Of a stretch of DNA of 42,795 nt, positions 1 to 8,440 are shown piece by piece. Both the position numbers and the translations under genes were made by a program. The notes below the pieces were generated by a model. The model was not told the DNA's origin, searched no databases, and saw only the letters and a list, made by a program, of their open reading frames with translations. Where the stretch lies: assembly GCA_964459675.1 (NCBI GenBank), contig CAYWNP010000004.1, positions 1-42,795 on the forward strand. The letters are read 5' to 3'. Numbering within the stretch: position 1 is the first letter of the stretch; each line of letters begins with the position of its first letter. This DNA comes from an uncultured Akkermansia sp. GTDB lineage: Bacteria; Verrucomicrobiota; Kiritimatiellia; RFP12; UBA1067.

Positions 1-878
1 AACCTAAAGCAGGGAAGACCCACCGTCTGCTCTTCTCGGGTGACCTCGGGCAACCAAACCAACCCATTCTTCAGAAATTTGATTTTCCACAGGGCGCGGA
101 TACGCTCTTGATCGAGAGTACCTACGCAGACCGTGATCATCCCTCGGCCGAAGATGTAAAGGGACGTCTCAAAGGATTTATTGACGATATCCATCAGCAA
201 CGTTCACGCCTATTGATCCCAGCCTTCAGTGTCGGACGTACACAAGCGATTCTCTACTATCTGAATCGCTTGTGGGAGGAAAAGCGCATCCCCCTGACCA
301 CCGTCTATGTGGACAGCCCGCTTTCCTTTGCAGCCACCAAGATTTATACAAAGCACCGTGAGTGCTATAACGACGAAGCCTCGGATATTCTGCGTCAAGG
401 CATTGACCCTATGCGTTTCCCAGGCCTGCGTTTTATTGAAACGCCTGACGAGTCGAAAGCACTCAACGACATCCATGAGCCTCATATCATCATCGCAGCC
501 TCAGGGATGTGCGAAGGTGGACGCGTCCTGCACCATCTCCAACGCACCGTAGGCGACCCCCGGAACATCATTCTGATTGTGGGCTTCCAAGCGGAAAACA
601 CCTTAGGGCGCCGGATCGTGGACCGTGTATCGCCTTTAAGAATCCTCGGTGATGAATTTGAATTACGTGCCCGTGTACACACTATTAACGCCCTCTCCGC
701 ACATGCAGACCGTACCGCATTAATGGAATGGTTCGATGGCGTCAAAGGCAACCTCAAAAATGTTTTTGCCATTCATGGTGAACCTGAAAAGGTCAATGCG
801 ATGTGCGAACTGGTCAAACAACACGGCGTAAGCAACGTCGTCGCGCCGATTCCAGGACAAGTTTTTGATTTAAACTAA
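1..878 (+). CDS. MBL-fold beta-CASP RNA-metabolising hydrolase (RNase J/CPSF-like), C-terminal part; 5' end outside window
   Basis: Frame 3 is open from nt 3 (PKAGKTHRLLFSGDLGQPN...), upstream of the listed ORF start at 108, which is a TTG. Beta-CASP-type motifs FSGDLG, LLIPAFSVGRTQ and IIAASGMCEGGRV are present, plus C-terminal SAHAD...IHGEP. Confidence 0.85.
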   Translation, partial: PKAGKTHRLLFSGDLGQPNQPILQKFDFPQGADTLLIESTYADRDHPSAEDVKGRLKGFIDDIHQQRSRLLIPAFSVGRTQAILYYLNRLWEEKRIPLTTVYVDSPLSFAATKIYTKHRECYNDEASDILRQGIDPMRFPGLRFIETPDESKALNDIHEPHIIIAASGMCEGGRVLHHLQRTVGDPRNIILIVGFQAENTLGRRIVDRVSPLRILGDEFELRARVHTINALSAHADRTALMEWFDGVKGNLKNVFAIHGEPEKVNAMCELVKQHGVSNVVAPIPGQVFDLN

Positions 879-901
879 CACCCAACAAAAGGAACAACAA
901 A

Positions 902-1123
902 ATGGACGAACAGATCAAGGCAAAGCTCGAAGAACTACGGAAGATGTTACAGGCAGACGGCGGAGATGCTGAACTTATTGAGATCGCAGGAAAGACCGTT
1001 AAGCTGCGTCTGCGCGGGGCCTGTGGCTGTTGCCCGCACGCGACCATGACACTCAAACAGGGAATTGAACGCAGCCTTCGCGAAAGTATCGACCCGGAGA
1101 TCGTGGTCGAACGCGTCATGTAA
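902..1123 (+). CDS. NifU-family (Nfu-type C-terminal domain) Fe-S cluster protein
   Basis: 73-aa ORF with ATG start. It carries the signature DGGDAELIEI..G..V.LRLRGACGCCPHATMTLKQGIE with a CxxC pair. Confidence 0.8.
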   Translation: MDEQIKAKLEELRKMLQADGGDAELIEIAGKTVKLRLRGACGCCPHATMTLKQGIERSLRESIDPEIVVERVM

Positions 1124-1162
1124 ACGTGATTTAAACAATACAAAAAAAAGGGGGATATTAAT

Positions 1163-2731
1163 ATGCACAAGTCAAAAATCGTCATGGCTCTATTCGTGGC
1201 CATCACCTGCGTTACAACCGCACTCCAGGCCGCCACACTCAAACTGGCTCCGTTCTATACCGACAGTATGGTCTTTCAACGTGAAAAACCAATTGTCGTC
1301 CTTGGCGTTGCTGATGCCAATGCCACCATCGAAGGCTCGTTTATGGGTGGAACCGCGAAGGCACAGGCTGACGCAAATGGCTTGTTCAAGCTGGTGCTCC
1401 CTGCCAAGGAGGCCTCGAGTCAAGGAGCTGTCGCCACCATCACGTCTGGCGACACCAAAATCATATTGAATGACGTACTCGTGGGCGATGTCTGGTTCTG
1501 CTCGGGTCAGTCAAACATGGAGTGGACCATGAACGGCTGTGGTGCGCTCGGGCAAGATGATGTGAAGAGTGCGAACTATCCGCTGATCCGCCGCATCAAG
1601 TTTCCCCACGAAACCGCGGTTGACCCTGTTCCCTATATGAACATGAAGGTCTCCGGTCCATGGGCAGCAGCTACTGCCGCCACAGTCGGCAACTGGACCG
1701 CCGTTGGTTTTTACTTTGCTAAAAACATTCATGCTAGCAGCAAGATCCCGATCGGTATACTCGATTGCAACTGGGGCGGAACCAAGATCGAACCATGGAC
1801 GCCTGGAGATGCGTTCAGCAACTTCCCTGCTCTCGCCAATGATCTTAAGACGATTCAGGGCCGTCACGAACTTGTCAAAAAGAATGCCGAGGCTGAAAAG
1901 GACTATCAAGCAAAGCTCGCTGCCGCAACCCCTGAAGAGCGCAAGAAAATGCGTAAACCCGGTATGCCCTGGGGTAGTGGCGCTCCAACGGCGATTTATA
2001 ATTCAATGGTCGATGGCATGACACCCATGGCGATCAAAGGTGCAATCTGGTACCAAGGATGCTCGAATGCCGGAGACCCTTTGTATGACAAGCACATGGA
2101 GGCTCTCGTCTCCGGCTGGCGCACGAAATGGGGATATGAGTTTCCCTTCTACTTCGTGCAGCTTGCAAATTTCCAGGACGCCAGCACTGATCCCTCCAAC
2201 GTCGGCTGGGGCAATGTGCGTAATCTTCAACTCAACGCCTTCCACGCTATTCCTTCCTGTGGTATGGCAGTGATCATTGACATCGGAGATGCAAAGAATA
2301 TCCATCCCCAAAACAAGTTTGATGTGGGCGATCGCCTTTCACGTTGGGCAATGCGTGACCTCTATGGCTCAAAAGAGACCGTCGTTTCCGGTCCCATTTA
2401 CAAAGCAATGAAGCTCTCTGAAAAGAAAGCCATTATCTCGTTCGACTATGTCTCGGCTACTGACAAGCGCCAGGCCCTGATGGTCGGCAAAAAAGATGGC
2501 AAAGCCCCTACAAGTGAAGTCACGGACGGGAAGCTGGAAGGTTTTGCCGTTCAGGACAAGGATGGAAAGTGGAGTTGGGCGAATGCGGTCATCGAAGGCT
2601 CAACCGTCGTGGTTACGCATCCAGAAGGCAAAGAACCCACAAATGTCCGCTATGCTTTCCAGAGCAACCCCAAAGCTAACCTCTACAACAAAGAGGGCTT
2701 GCCAGCGTCACCCTTTACAACCGAGAAGTAG
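1163..2731 (+). CDS. Secreted sialate O-acetylesterase (SASA/SGNH-type)
   Basis: Signal peptide MHKSKIVMALFVAITCVTTALQA. Motifs: catalytic-Ser CSGQSNMEW, NWGGTKIEPW, WYQGCSN. A purine-rich RBS (AAGGGGGA) lies upstream of ATG 1163. Confidence 0.8.
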   Translation: MHKSKIVMALFVAITCVTTALQAATLKLAPFYTDSMVFQREKPIVVLGVADANATIEGSFMGGTAKAQADANGLFKLVLPAKEASSQGAVATITSGDTKIILNDVLVGDVWFCSGQSNMEWTMNGCGALGQDDVKSANYPLIRRIKFPHETAVDPVPYMNMKVSGPWAAATAATVGNWTAVGFYFAKNIHASSKIPIGILDCNWGGTKIEPWTPGDAFSNFPALANDLKTIQGRHELVKKNAEAEKDYQAKLAAATPEERKKMRKPGMPWGSGAPTAIYNSMVDGMTPMAIKGAIWYQGCSNAGDPLYDKHMEALVSGWRTKWGYEFPFYFVQLANFQDASTDPSNVGWGNVRNLQLNAFHAIPSCGMAVIIDIGDAKNIHPQNKFDVGDRLSRWAMRDLYGSKETVVSGPIYKAMKLSEKKAIISFDYVSATDKRQALMVGKKDGKAPTSEVTDGKLEGFAVQDKDGKWSWANAVIEGSTVVVTHPEGKEPTNVRYAFQSNPKANLYNKEGLPASPFTTEK

Positions 2732-2736
2732 ACTGA

Positions 2737-3606
2737 CTACTTGCCCATGTCAAACAGCTTCAGGCAACGCCTGAAGTCTGCTGGCAATGGGCTATGTGCT
2801 TTCAGCGTCTTGCCGAGCATCATGGGATGCGGCAGCTCAATTTCACAGGCGTGAAGCATTTGGCGTGGGATTGTCAGGAGGCGTGGATCGCGAGCATACT
2901 TGACACCATGGTCGCGGTCTCCAAGGACGGGATGACGTATCGACGCGAGATGGCGCCGAATCTGATGCGTGCGTCCCGTCTCAATACGAATCTTTAGAAA
3001 GGTCGCATCCTTTGAAATCGCCTGACGTGTCAGATGGCTGACCGCACGGTCGCCATCCAGTTCTTGGTCAATGGTGCTTTGCCCCTTGTCCATAGAGCCC
3101 CAGACAATCGCCTGATAGAGCTTGGTCACGCGGCGTGTCTTCCAAATCGCGATAGCCTCCTCACACGCCACGCGAGTCTTTGCGAAGAGCATGCACCCTG
3201 TGGTATCACGATCCAAACGATGAACGGCCTGCAGAACACTATTCCCCGTCTGAGTCCGAAGCAACTCCTCAGCACTGCCATCACCCACGGAGAGCAACCC
3301 TGCGGGCTTGTCAATCACTAGATAAAAATCATCTTCTATCAACGTACGGAGCTTAACGGGTTCTTTCTTCGTTTGCGTTGTCGCTGCTACACTTTGATTA
3401 GGAACCTCCACCGTATCCCCTTGATGCAGTTCATGGTGCGCCATCCAGATGCAGCGGCGATTCACCCAGATCCGCCGATCATCCATCAGGTTTTTGGCAA
3501 CCCGTTTGGAAATAGAGAGCTTTTGCGAGAGAAAATCCTGCAAGCGCTTGCCTGCATCAAGTTTAGAGACCACATACGTTGTCACGGCTGGACGTTTTTC
3601 ATTCAT
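2737..3606 (-). CDS. RluA-family 23S rRNA/tRNA pseudouridine synthase with N-terminal S4-like domain
   Basis: Catalytic motif HRLDRDTTGCMLFAK, and TGRTHQIRRHLA near the C-terminus. The N-terminal region is S4-like (KRLQDFLSQKL..SKRVAKNLM). Confidence 0.85.
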   Translation of the reverse strand: MNEKRPAVTTYVVSKLDAGKRLQDFLSQKLSISKRVAKNLMDDRRIWVNRRCIWMAHHELHQGDTVEVPNQSVAATTQTKKEPVKLRTLIEDDFYLVIDKPAGLLSVGDGSAEELLRTQTGNSVLQAVHRLDRDTTGCMLFAKTRVACEEAIAIWKTRRVTKLYQAIVWGSMDKGQSTIDQELDGDRAVSHLTRQAISKDATFLKIRIETGRTHQIRRHLASIRHPVLGDRDHGVKYARDPRLLTIPRQMLHACEIELPHPMMLGKTLKAHSPLPADFRRCLKLFDMGK

Positions 3607-3650
3607 AGATGGTCGTAAGTGTAACAGACCCCCTGAACAAACTCAAGTGC

Positions 3651-4283
3651 CTACCGATTACTTCCGAAAGCTTGAAAAACCAGAACCGTGCCCCCTGAGG
3701 GAATCACGCGGATGAATGCACCCGTGGCGACGTTGAGTGTCGCGGTCGCCCAGCGCGTCAACGCAAGGTCTCGAACGGGATAGTGAACGCCTTCAACTGT
3801 CAGCCGTACTTGTGGATCACAGGCAATGAATGAGACGGGGTGTTGAGGAGCAGAGGGCAAGGTAGCCTCTGTTGAAACGGGTGTGACAAGACACGCGTCT
3901 GTCACCATACTCACCGTTGCCTCGCGAGAGAAATCGGCAAGCAAGGAAATATTCCCAAGTGTATGGTCCTCGCGTTTCCCCGTGGCCCCTAGAATCACAA
4001 GCTCCGTCCACCCTTTTTCAACACAATAACGAAAAGCCTTTTGCAAATCGTTTGTCTCTTGACAGGTGCTCGTCACACAAATGTCAGACCATCTCTTCCG
4101 GGCATCATCGGAGAGGCTGTCCCCATCGCCAACAATCGCGACAGGCGAAAACGTGAAATCGTCAACGAGCCTGTTGGCTGCACCATCACAACAAACAATG
4201 CGAGAAGCCTCGCGCAAGGCTCGAAGTGGGATCGCATGCGTGGGAAAAAGCCCGTTGGCTAAAATGATTGTGGTGGTATTCAT
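3651..4283 (-). CDS. thiN: Thiamine diphosphokinase (thiamine pyrophosphokinase)
   Basis: TPK catalytic-domain motifs VGDGDSLS, QETNDLQKA and GATGKREDHTLGNISLL, followed by a C-terminal thiamin-binding beta domain. Confidence 0.8.
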   Translation of the reverse strand: MNTTTIILANGLFPTHAIPLRALREASRIVCCDGAANRLVDDFTFSPVAIVGDGDSLSDDARKRWSDICVTSTCQETNDLQKAFRYCVEKGWTELVILGATGKREDHTLGNISLLADFSREATVSMVTDACLVTPVSTEATLPSAPQHPVSFIACDPQVRLTVEGVHYPVRDLALTRWATATLNVATGAFIRVIPSGGTVLVFQAFGSNR

Positions 4284-4300
4284 GATGCTTCACAGTACAC

Positions 4301-4340
4301 AAAAAAAACGGCGGATAAAAGCCTAAACTTTTACCCGCCG
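4301..4340 (-). terminator. Rho-independent terminator 17 nt upstream of the thiN start codon
   Basis: Minus-strand RNA reads CGGCGGGUAAAAG-UUUAGG-CUUUUAUCCGCCG followed by U8. The stem is 13 bp with one G-U pair and the loop is 6 nt. Confidence 0.7.
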
Positions 4341-4452
4341 CCAGGGAGGACATATATATTTATCCTGTGTTCTTCAGGGGGGAAACCTGTGTTTGAAACG
4401 GGGGAGGCTTCAAACAACAGAACACATCCAAGACTCTTTCAAGTTCTTGAAT
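4301..4452 (-). ncRNA. Candidate structured leader/sRNA (about 150 nt) with C-rich loops; class unknown
   Basis: It lies between a consensus promoter and the terminator. The outer helix pairs 4366-4373 with 4419-4426. Inner hairpins are 4391-4397/4409-4415 and 4375-4378/4386-4389, with a further hairpin at 4347-4366. The exposed RNA motifs are GCCUCCCCCG, UUUCCCC and CCUCCC. Confidence 0.4.
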
Positions 4453-4458
4453 GGCGAT

Positions 4459-4488
4459 ATTATAGTAAAGATAGGCGCGTCCTGTCAA
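4459..4488 (-). promoter_or_regulatory. Sigma70-type promoter, TTGACA-18 nt-TATAAT
   Basis: The minus strand reads TTGACA (4488-4483), an 18-nt spacer, then TATAAT (4464-4459). Both hexamers match the consensus exactly. Confidence 0.5.
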
Positions 4489-4533
4489 TTCCTCTTCGAT
4501 AAAATTATTCTTTTTTCTATACTAAGCGTATCC

Positions 4534-4562
4534 TTGCATGATGACGTCCTGTGTGAGATAAT
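4534..4562 (+). promoter_or_regulatory. Putative psd promoter, TTGCAT-17 nt-GATAAT
   Basis: Hexamers at 4534-4539 and 4557-4562 with a 17-nt spacer, about 26 nt upstream of the psd ATG. It is divergent from the minus-strand promoter about 45 bp away. Confidence 0.35.
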
Positions 4563-4588
4563 ATTTCCTTTTTCATGTAGGTTTAATT

Positions 4589-5284
4589 ATGGATACAGTT
4601 GATTTATCATGTTCAAAGTTACTTCGTCCGCATATCCACCCCGAGGGATGGCGTTTCGTGGTGATCTCTGCGTTACTCGTCCTAGCGATTCAAGGGGGCG
4701 CGACATGGTACGGTTATGGAGTTTGGGTCATTATTTTATGGTTGCTTCCTTTTGCAGTCGCACTCTTCTTCAGGGATCCTGAACGTGTGCCCCCTCGCGA
4801 CCCCCTCGCGATTGTCAGTCCCGCCGACGGCACGGTCTCCATGCTCGCCGAGGTTCCTATCCCCGCGACACTCGGACTCAACCCCAGCCCCGTAGTCTGG
4901 CGCGTCAGCATCTTTATGAGCGTCTTTAATGTCCATGTCAATCGCATGCCTGCTGGCGGGACAATCCTCAAAACACATTATATCCCCGGATCCTTTCTAA
5001 ATGCCTCACTCGACAAGGCGAGCGAAGAAAATGAGCGCCACCTCTATCTGATGAAAACGACAAATGGTGCGACGCTGGCCTTTGTTCAAATTGCAGGACT
5101 TGTTGCCCGACGCATCCTCTGTCTCGTCAAGGAGGGCCAGTGCCTGGAGCGGGCCGAACGCTTTGGCCTCATCCGCTTTGGCAGCCGACTGGATGTCTAC
5201 CTCCCCCCAGGCGTTGAACCGAGTGTCCGCGTCGGACAGACCATGGTTGCTGGCGAGACGCCTATTGCCTACTTTAGGGCTTAG
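4589..5284 (+). CDS. psd: Phosphatidylserine decarboxylase family protein (short, membrane-anchored type)
   Basis: N-terminal TM helices. Motifs: FFRDPER, SPADG, VHVNRMP.GG, and a GS(R) self-cleavage-type motif in IRFGSRLDVYLP. Confidence 0.85.
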   Translation: MDTVDLSCSKLLRPHIHPEGWRFVVISALLVLAIQGGATWYGYGVWVIILWLLPFAVALFFRDPERVPPRDPLAIVSPADGTVSMLAEVPIPATLGLNPSPVVWRVSIFMSVFNVHVNRMPAGGTILKTHYIPGSFLNASLDKASEENERHLYLMKTTNGATLAFVQIAGLVARRILCLVKEGQCLERAERFGLIRFGSRLDVYLPPGVEPSVRVGQTMVAGETPIAYFRA

Positions 5285-5322
5285 CCATCAACCTACTATG
5301 AGACTCTCCTGAAGGATCACTT

Positions 5323-6192
5323 ATGAGCAAATTTCGCTTTCGCAAGAAAAAACAGAAACTCCCTCGCTTTCCACGTCAGATCCCTGTCCGTGCGATGCTT
5401 CCCAACCTCATCACATTGATGGCGGCTGCTAGCGGTATCACCTCGATTCGCTTTAGTTGTGAAGGTCAATGGCGTTTTGCAGTCATCGCCATCACCATCG
5501 CCTGTTTTTTAGATTTTCTGGATGGCCGCATGGCTCGGATGTTGAAAGTAACCTCTAAGCTAGGTGAGCAACTGGACTCCCTTTCTGATTTTGTCAGCTT
5601 CGGCGTGGCCCCGGCTATCTTCACCTATTTCTGGATCATGGAAGTGCTGCCTAAGGAAAGCACCCTCTATCACATTCGCGGTGTTTTCTGGGCCTTCGCC
5701 CTCTTCTATGCGCTCTGCTGTGCCTTCCGCCTCGCCCGTTTCAATATCATGATTGACGATGGTCCGGCACAACCCTATTGGAAACACTTCTTTACAGGCC
5801 TGCCCTCGCCTGGGGCAGCAGGACTCGTGCTTACCCCAGTTATCCTCGACCTTCACTTTGATTCCAGACTGCTTCAGTCTCCATGGACGGGAAGCGCAAT
5901 GTTGATTCTCTGCGGCATTCTCATGGCCAGCCGCGCCCCGACCCTCTCGATGAAGAAGCTGCACATCAGTGCGCGTTACCAGATCCCTGTCGCGGTCTGC
6001 GTGATCTTCGTGATTGGAATGCTCGTCTCGCACTCCTGGATCACGCTAGGCACGATCGGTATATGTTACCTGATCTCCATCCCCGTCTGCGGCATGATCT
6101 TTTTACGGTTGCGTGCATCCCACGAACAGCGCGCACCGCAACAGCAAACCCCTTTCATCAGTGCAACTCCTGAACCCGGCAAACAAACTTAA
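5323..6192 (+). CDS. pssA: CDP-diacylglycerol--serine O-phosphatidyltransferase
   Basis: CDP-alcohol phosphatidyltransferase motif DFLDGRMARMLKVTSKLGEQLDSLSDFVSFG, in a multi-TM protein adjacent to psd. Confidence 0.85.
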   Translation: MSKFRFRKKKQKLPRFPRQIPVRAMLPNLITLMAAASGITSIRFSCEGQWRFAVIAITIACFLDFLDGRMARMLKVTSKLGEQLDSLSDFVSFGVAPAIFTYFWIMEVLPKESTLYHIRGVFWAFALFYALCCAFRLARFNIMIDDGPAQPYWKHFFTGLPSPGAAGLVLTPVILDLHFDSRLLQSPWTGSAMLILCGILMASRAPTLSMKKLHISARYQIPVAVCVIFVIGMLVSHSWITLGTIGICYLISIPVCGMIFLRLRASHEQRAPQQQTPFISATPEPGKQT

Positions 6193-6210
6193 AAAGCGTG
6201 TTCACTCACC

Positions 6211-7014
6211 ATGATCACCCAGACAGAGGCTATTGCGCTTCAGATACGCCCATGGTCCAAAACCTCGCATATTGTCACTTGGTTGACTCCTGATCATGGA
6301 CGCATCACCACCTCCATCAAGGGTGCCTGCCGTCCCAAAAGCCCCTTTCTCGGACAATACGACCTCTTCTACACCTGTCATCTCCTCTTCTACACGCGCG
6401 AACATGATGGGGTGCATATTGCCAAAGAGTGCGAACCGCACCATCGGCGCGATCCATTGCGCGAAAACTGGCGAGCTGCAGCTCTTGCAAGCTATCTGGT
6501 CGAATTGACAGCACGCGCCCTTCCTCCGCGTGAGCCACATGCAGATATCTACAAACATCTCGGACAGACCCTGGATTATCTGACGACACACACTGACGCC
6601 CCCTTGCTGGAGTGCATGATTCGTTATGAACTACACCTGCTCTTTTTTTTAGGCGTACTCCCCGATCTTTCCCCCTGCGAGACCTGCCACACCCCTCCCC
6701 CCGAGTGGTTCTCCTTTTCGCTGGCAACCGGCCGTCTACGCTGTCAGCACGATCATTCCCCCCATGCCGCCGAGAACCTCATATCCATCCATCCACCCAT
6801 CCAGGAAGCCTTCACACAATTGCGTAACAAGCTCATTTCCGGACGTTACCCCCTTCACCTTGAACCGAGTCCGACAAAGAAAAAGGAAGAAAAATCAAAA
6901 CTTCCGCTTGGATTATCCAGATTTCTTGGTATATTTATCACTTGCCATCTCGATATTCCCGCGGCGGTTCGCAGGGTAACCCTTGAGATGATCGAAACAA
7001 CACCGACGCAATAG
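6211..7014 (+). CDS. recO: DNA repair protein RecO
   Basis: N-terminal OB-fold signature (ALQIRPWSKTSHIVTWLTPDHGRITTSIKGA) and a C-terminal Cys/His cluster (CETCH...C..H). Confidence 0.85.
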   Translation: MITQTEAIALQIRPWSKTSHIVTWLTPDHGRITTSIKGACRPKSPFLGQYDLFYTCHLLFYTREHDGVHIAKECEPHHRRDPLRENWRAAALASYLVELTARALPPREPHADIYKHLGQTLDYLTTHTDAPLLECMIRYELHLLFFLGVLPDLSPCETCHTPPPEWFSFSLATGRLRCQHDHSPHAAENLISIHPPIQEAFTQLRNKLISGRYPLHLEPSPTKKKEEKSKLPLGLSRFLGIFITCHLDIPAAVRRVTLEMIETTPTQ

Positions 7015-7040
7015 TTTGCGTTACAGGAGACTCAACAACC

Positions 7041-8147
7041 ATGAAAAGTTCACCGCTGTTTTGCACTGCGATCGCTGTCGCACTCGTCACCGCATCCGGT
7101 TGCAAGAAACAGGATAAGGCAACTGCACCTGATCAAACGACTCCTCCAGCTCAAACCACAAAAGCTCCTGTCGCGAACCAAGCGCCGAAAGATCCGAACG
7201 AAGTCATGGCTTCTGTCAATGACACAAAGTATCTCCGCAAGGATGTCGACGCCATCGTCAACAAGGTGATGAGCTCCCAGAACATCCCTGCTGAACAGCA
7301 AGTTGAAGCCCGTAACTTTTTTGAACAGCGTGTCGTCTCCAGCATGATCATGCGCGCGTTGATCCTGGCGGAAGTCACGAAAGCCGGCACGAAGATCACT
7401 GACGAGGACCGCAAAAAACAGACCGAACGTCTGGAAGGCATGCTCAAGTCCCGCAACATGACGATCGAACAATACTTCAAGGACTCCCCTCTTGGCGAAG
7501 TTGAAGCTCGCAAGGAGTTTGACGAAGGCATCATGATTGACAAGTTTCTTGAAGCGAAGATCATGACTGGCATAGCCGTCACAGATGAGGAAGTCAAAAA
7601 GATTCTTGATGATGTGACGCGTGCAAACGCTGAAGTCACGGAAGCCAACAAGGGACTCGGAGATAGCAACAAGGCCAAGCGTGAGAAAATTGTGGCATTG
7701 AAGAAGCAGATCACCGAAGGTGGAGACTTCGCAGCACTCGCCAAAGAGAACTCTGACTGCCCCAGCAAGGAGAAGGGCGGCGACCTCGGCACCTTCCAAC
7801 GCGGCCAGATGGTCAAGGCCTTTGAAGAGGCGGCCTTCACACAGCCTATCGGTCAAGTGGGTGGCGTCGTTGAGACTGATTTCGGTTATCACCTGATCAA
7901 GGTCACCGCCCGCACCCCAGCAGTTGAAGCCAAGGGCGATACCCCTGCTCAACCTGAAACCGTCTCGGCTTCACACATCCTGATCGCACGTGAACGCGAA
8001 AAACAGCCCCGCCCCGTTCCTGTTGTCGATGAAGTCAAGGAACAGCTGAAGCGTCAGAAGTCACAGGAAGCGATTCAGAAGTACATCGGGGAACTCAAGG
8101 CCGCAGCAAAGATCACCACGCCTGCCTTCCCGGATATGCAGCTGTAA
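7041..8147 (+). CDS. Parvulin-type peptidyl-prolyl cis-trans isomerase lipoprotein (SurA/PrsA-like)
   Basis: Lipobox-like ..VTASGC. SurA-N-like helical region. PpiC rotamase domain GGDLGTFQRGQMVKAFEEAAF...FGYHLIKV. RBS AGGAGA upstream. Confidence 0.8.
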   Translation: MKSSPLFCTAIAVALVTASGCKKQDKATAPDQTTPPAQTTKAPVANQAPKDPNEVMASVNDTKYLRKDVDAIVNKVMSSQNIPAEQQVEARNFFEQRVVSSMIMRALILAEVTKAGTKITDEDRKKQTERLEGMLKSRNMTIEQYFKDSPLGEVEARKEFDEGIMIDKFLEAKIMTGIAVTDEEVKKILDDVTRANAEVTEANKGLGDSNKAKREKIVALKKQITEGGDFAALAKENSDCPSKEKGGDLGTFQRGQMVKAFEEAAFTQPIGQVGGVVETDFGYHLIKVTARTPAVEAKGDTPAQPETVSASHILIAREREKQPRPVPVVDEVKEQLKRQKSQEAIQKYIGELKAAAKITTPAFPDMQL

Positions 8148-8171
8148 TCACAGTCGCTACATATGAACAAA

Positions 8172-8206
8172 AGAGGCGCACATTCAGTTGTGCGTCTCTT
8201 TTTTAT
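8172..8206 (+). terminator. Rho-independent terminator after the PPIase gene
   Basis: AGAGGCGCAC-ATTCAGTT-GTGCGTCTCT followed by a T-run. The stem is 10 bp with one G-U pair. Confidence 0.7.
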
Positions 8207-8219
8207 TGGGGTCAGGGTT

Positions 8220-8255
8220 TCCGCCTTCGCGAATACGGCTACGGCGGACAGGCAG
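8220..8255. repeat. Family-B REP-like element, copy 1 (TCCGCC..GGCGGACAGGCAG core)
   Basis: tccgccttcgcgaatacggctacggcggacaggcag. Related inverted copies occur at 12165-12197 and 19948-19980. Confidence 0.6.
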
Positions 8256-8299
8256 GGTTCAGGAAAAACTTTGTCGCAAAAGGTCGCAACTTCACTTTT

Positions 8300-8324
8300 G
8301 GAGGGACGCGCTCTGTCGCGTCCG
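8300..8324. repeat. Family-A REP half-unit (GGAGGGACGCGCTCTGTCGCGTCCG)
   Basis: Identical to the 3' hairpin half of the REP units that flank the RAYT gene at 15920-16685. Confidence 0.7.
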
Positions 8325-8334
8325 GCCACTAGCC

Positions 8335-8432
8335 AGCGTTTGGAGTCCCGCCTTCAGGCGGAAGCAAAGATGCACGGTCGTTAAAATTCCGCCTAAAGGT
8401 GGTACTCCGAACAATTTCACCCAGCATCTCTT
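8335..8432 (+). repeat. Family-C REPIN-like hairpin element, copy 1
   Basis: 98-bp ungapped match to 9814-9911 (90/98 identical by hand alignment). Internal 22-nt inverted arms at 8342-8363 and 8387-8408. Confidence 0.8.
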
Positions 8433-8440
8433 AAGAGACC

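Noticed and set aside
4284-4452. TPP (THI-box) riboswitch upstream of thiN
   Set aside because: The gene context invited this call, but I cannot find the conserved CUGAGA and ACCUGAUCUGGAUAAUGCCAGCG-type core. There is only a loose CCUGA...GGAUAAAU resemblance. I kept it as an unclassified leader instead.
4393-4602. 69-aa ORF in the thiN-psd divergent region
   Set aside because: It has a TTG start, lies in AT-rich promoter DNA, and overlaps the psd start. Its composition is implausible and it has no RBS.
7050-7952. 300-aa and 229-aa ORFs antisense to the PPIase gene
   Set aside because: They are shadow frames of a Lys/Glu-rich gene, with no motifs and no independent start signals.
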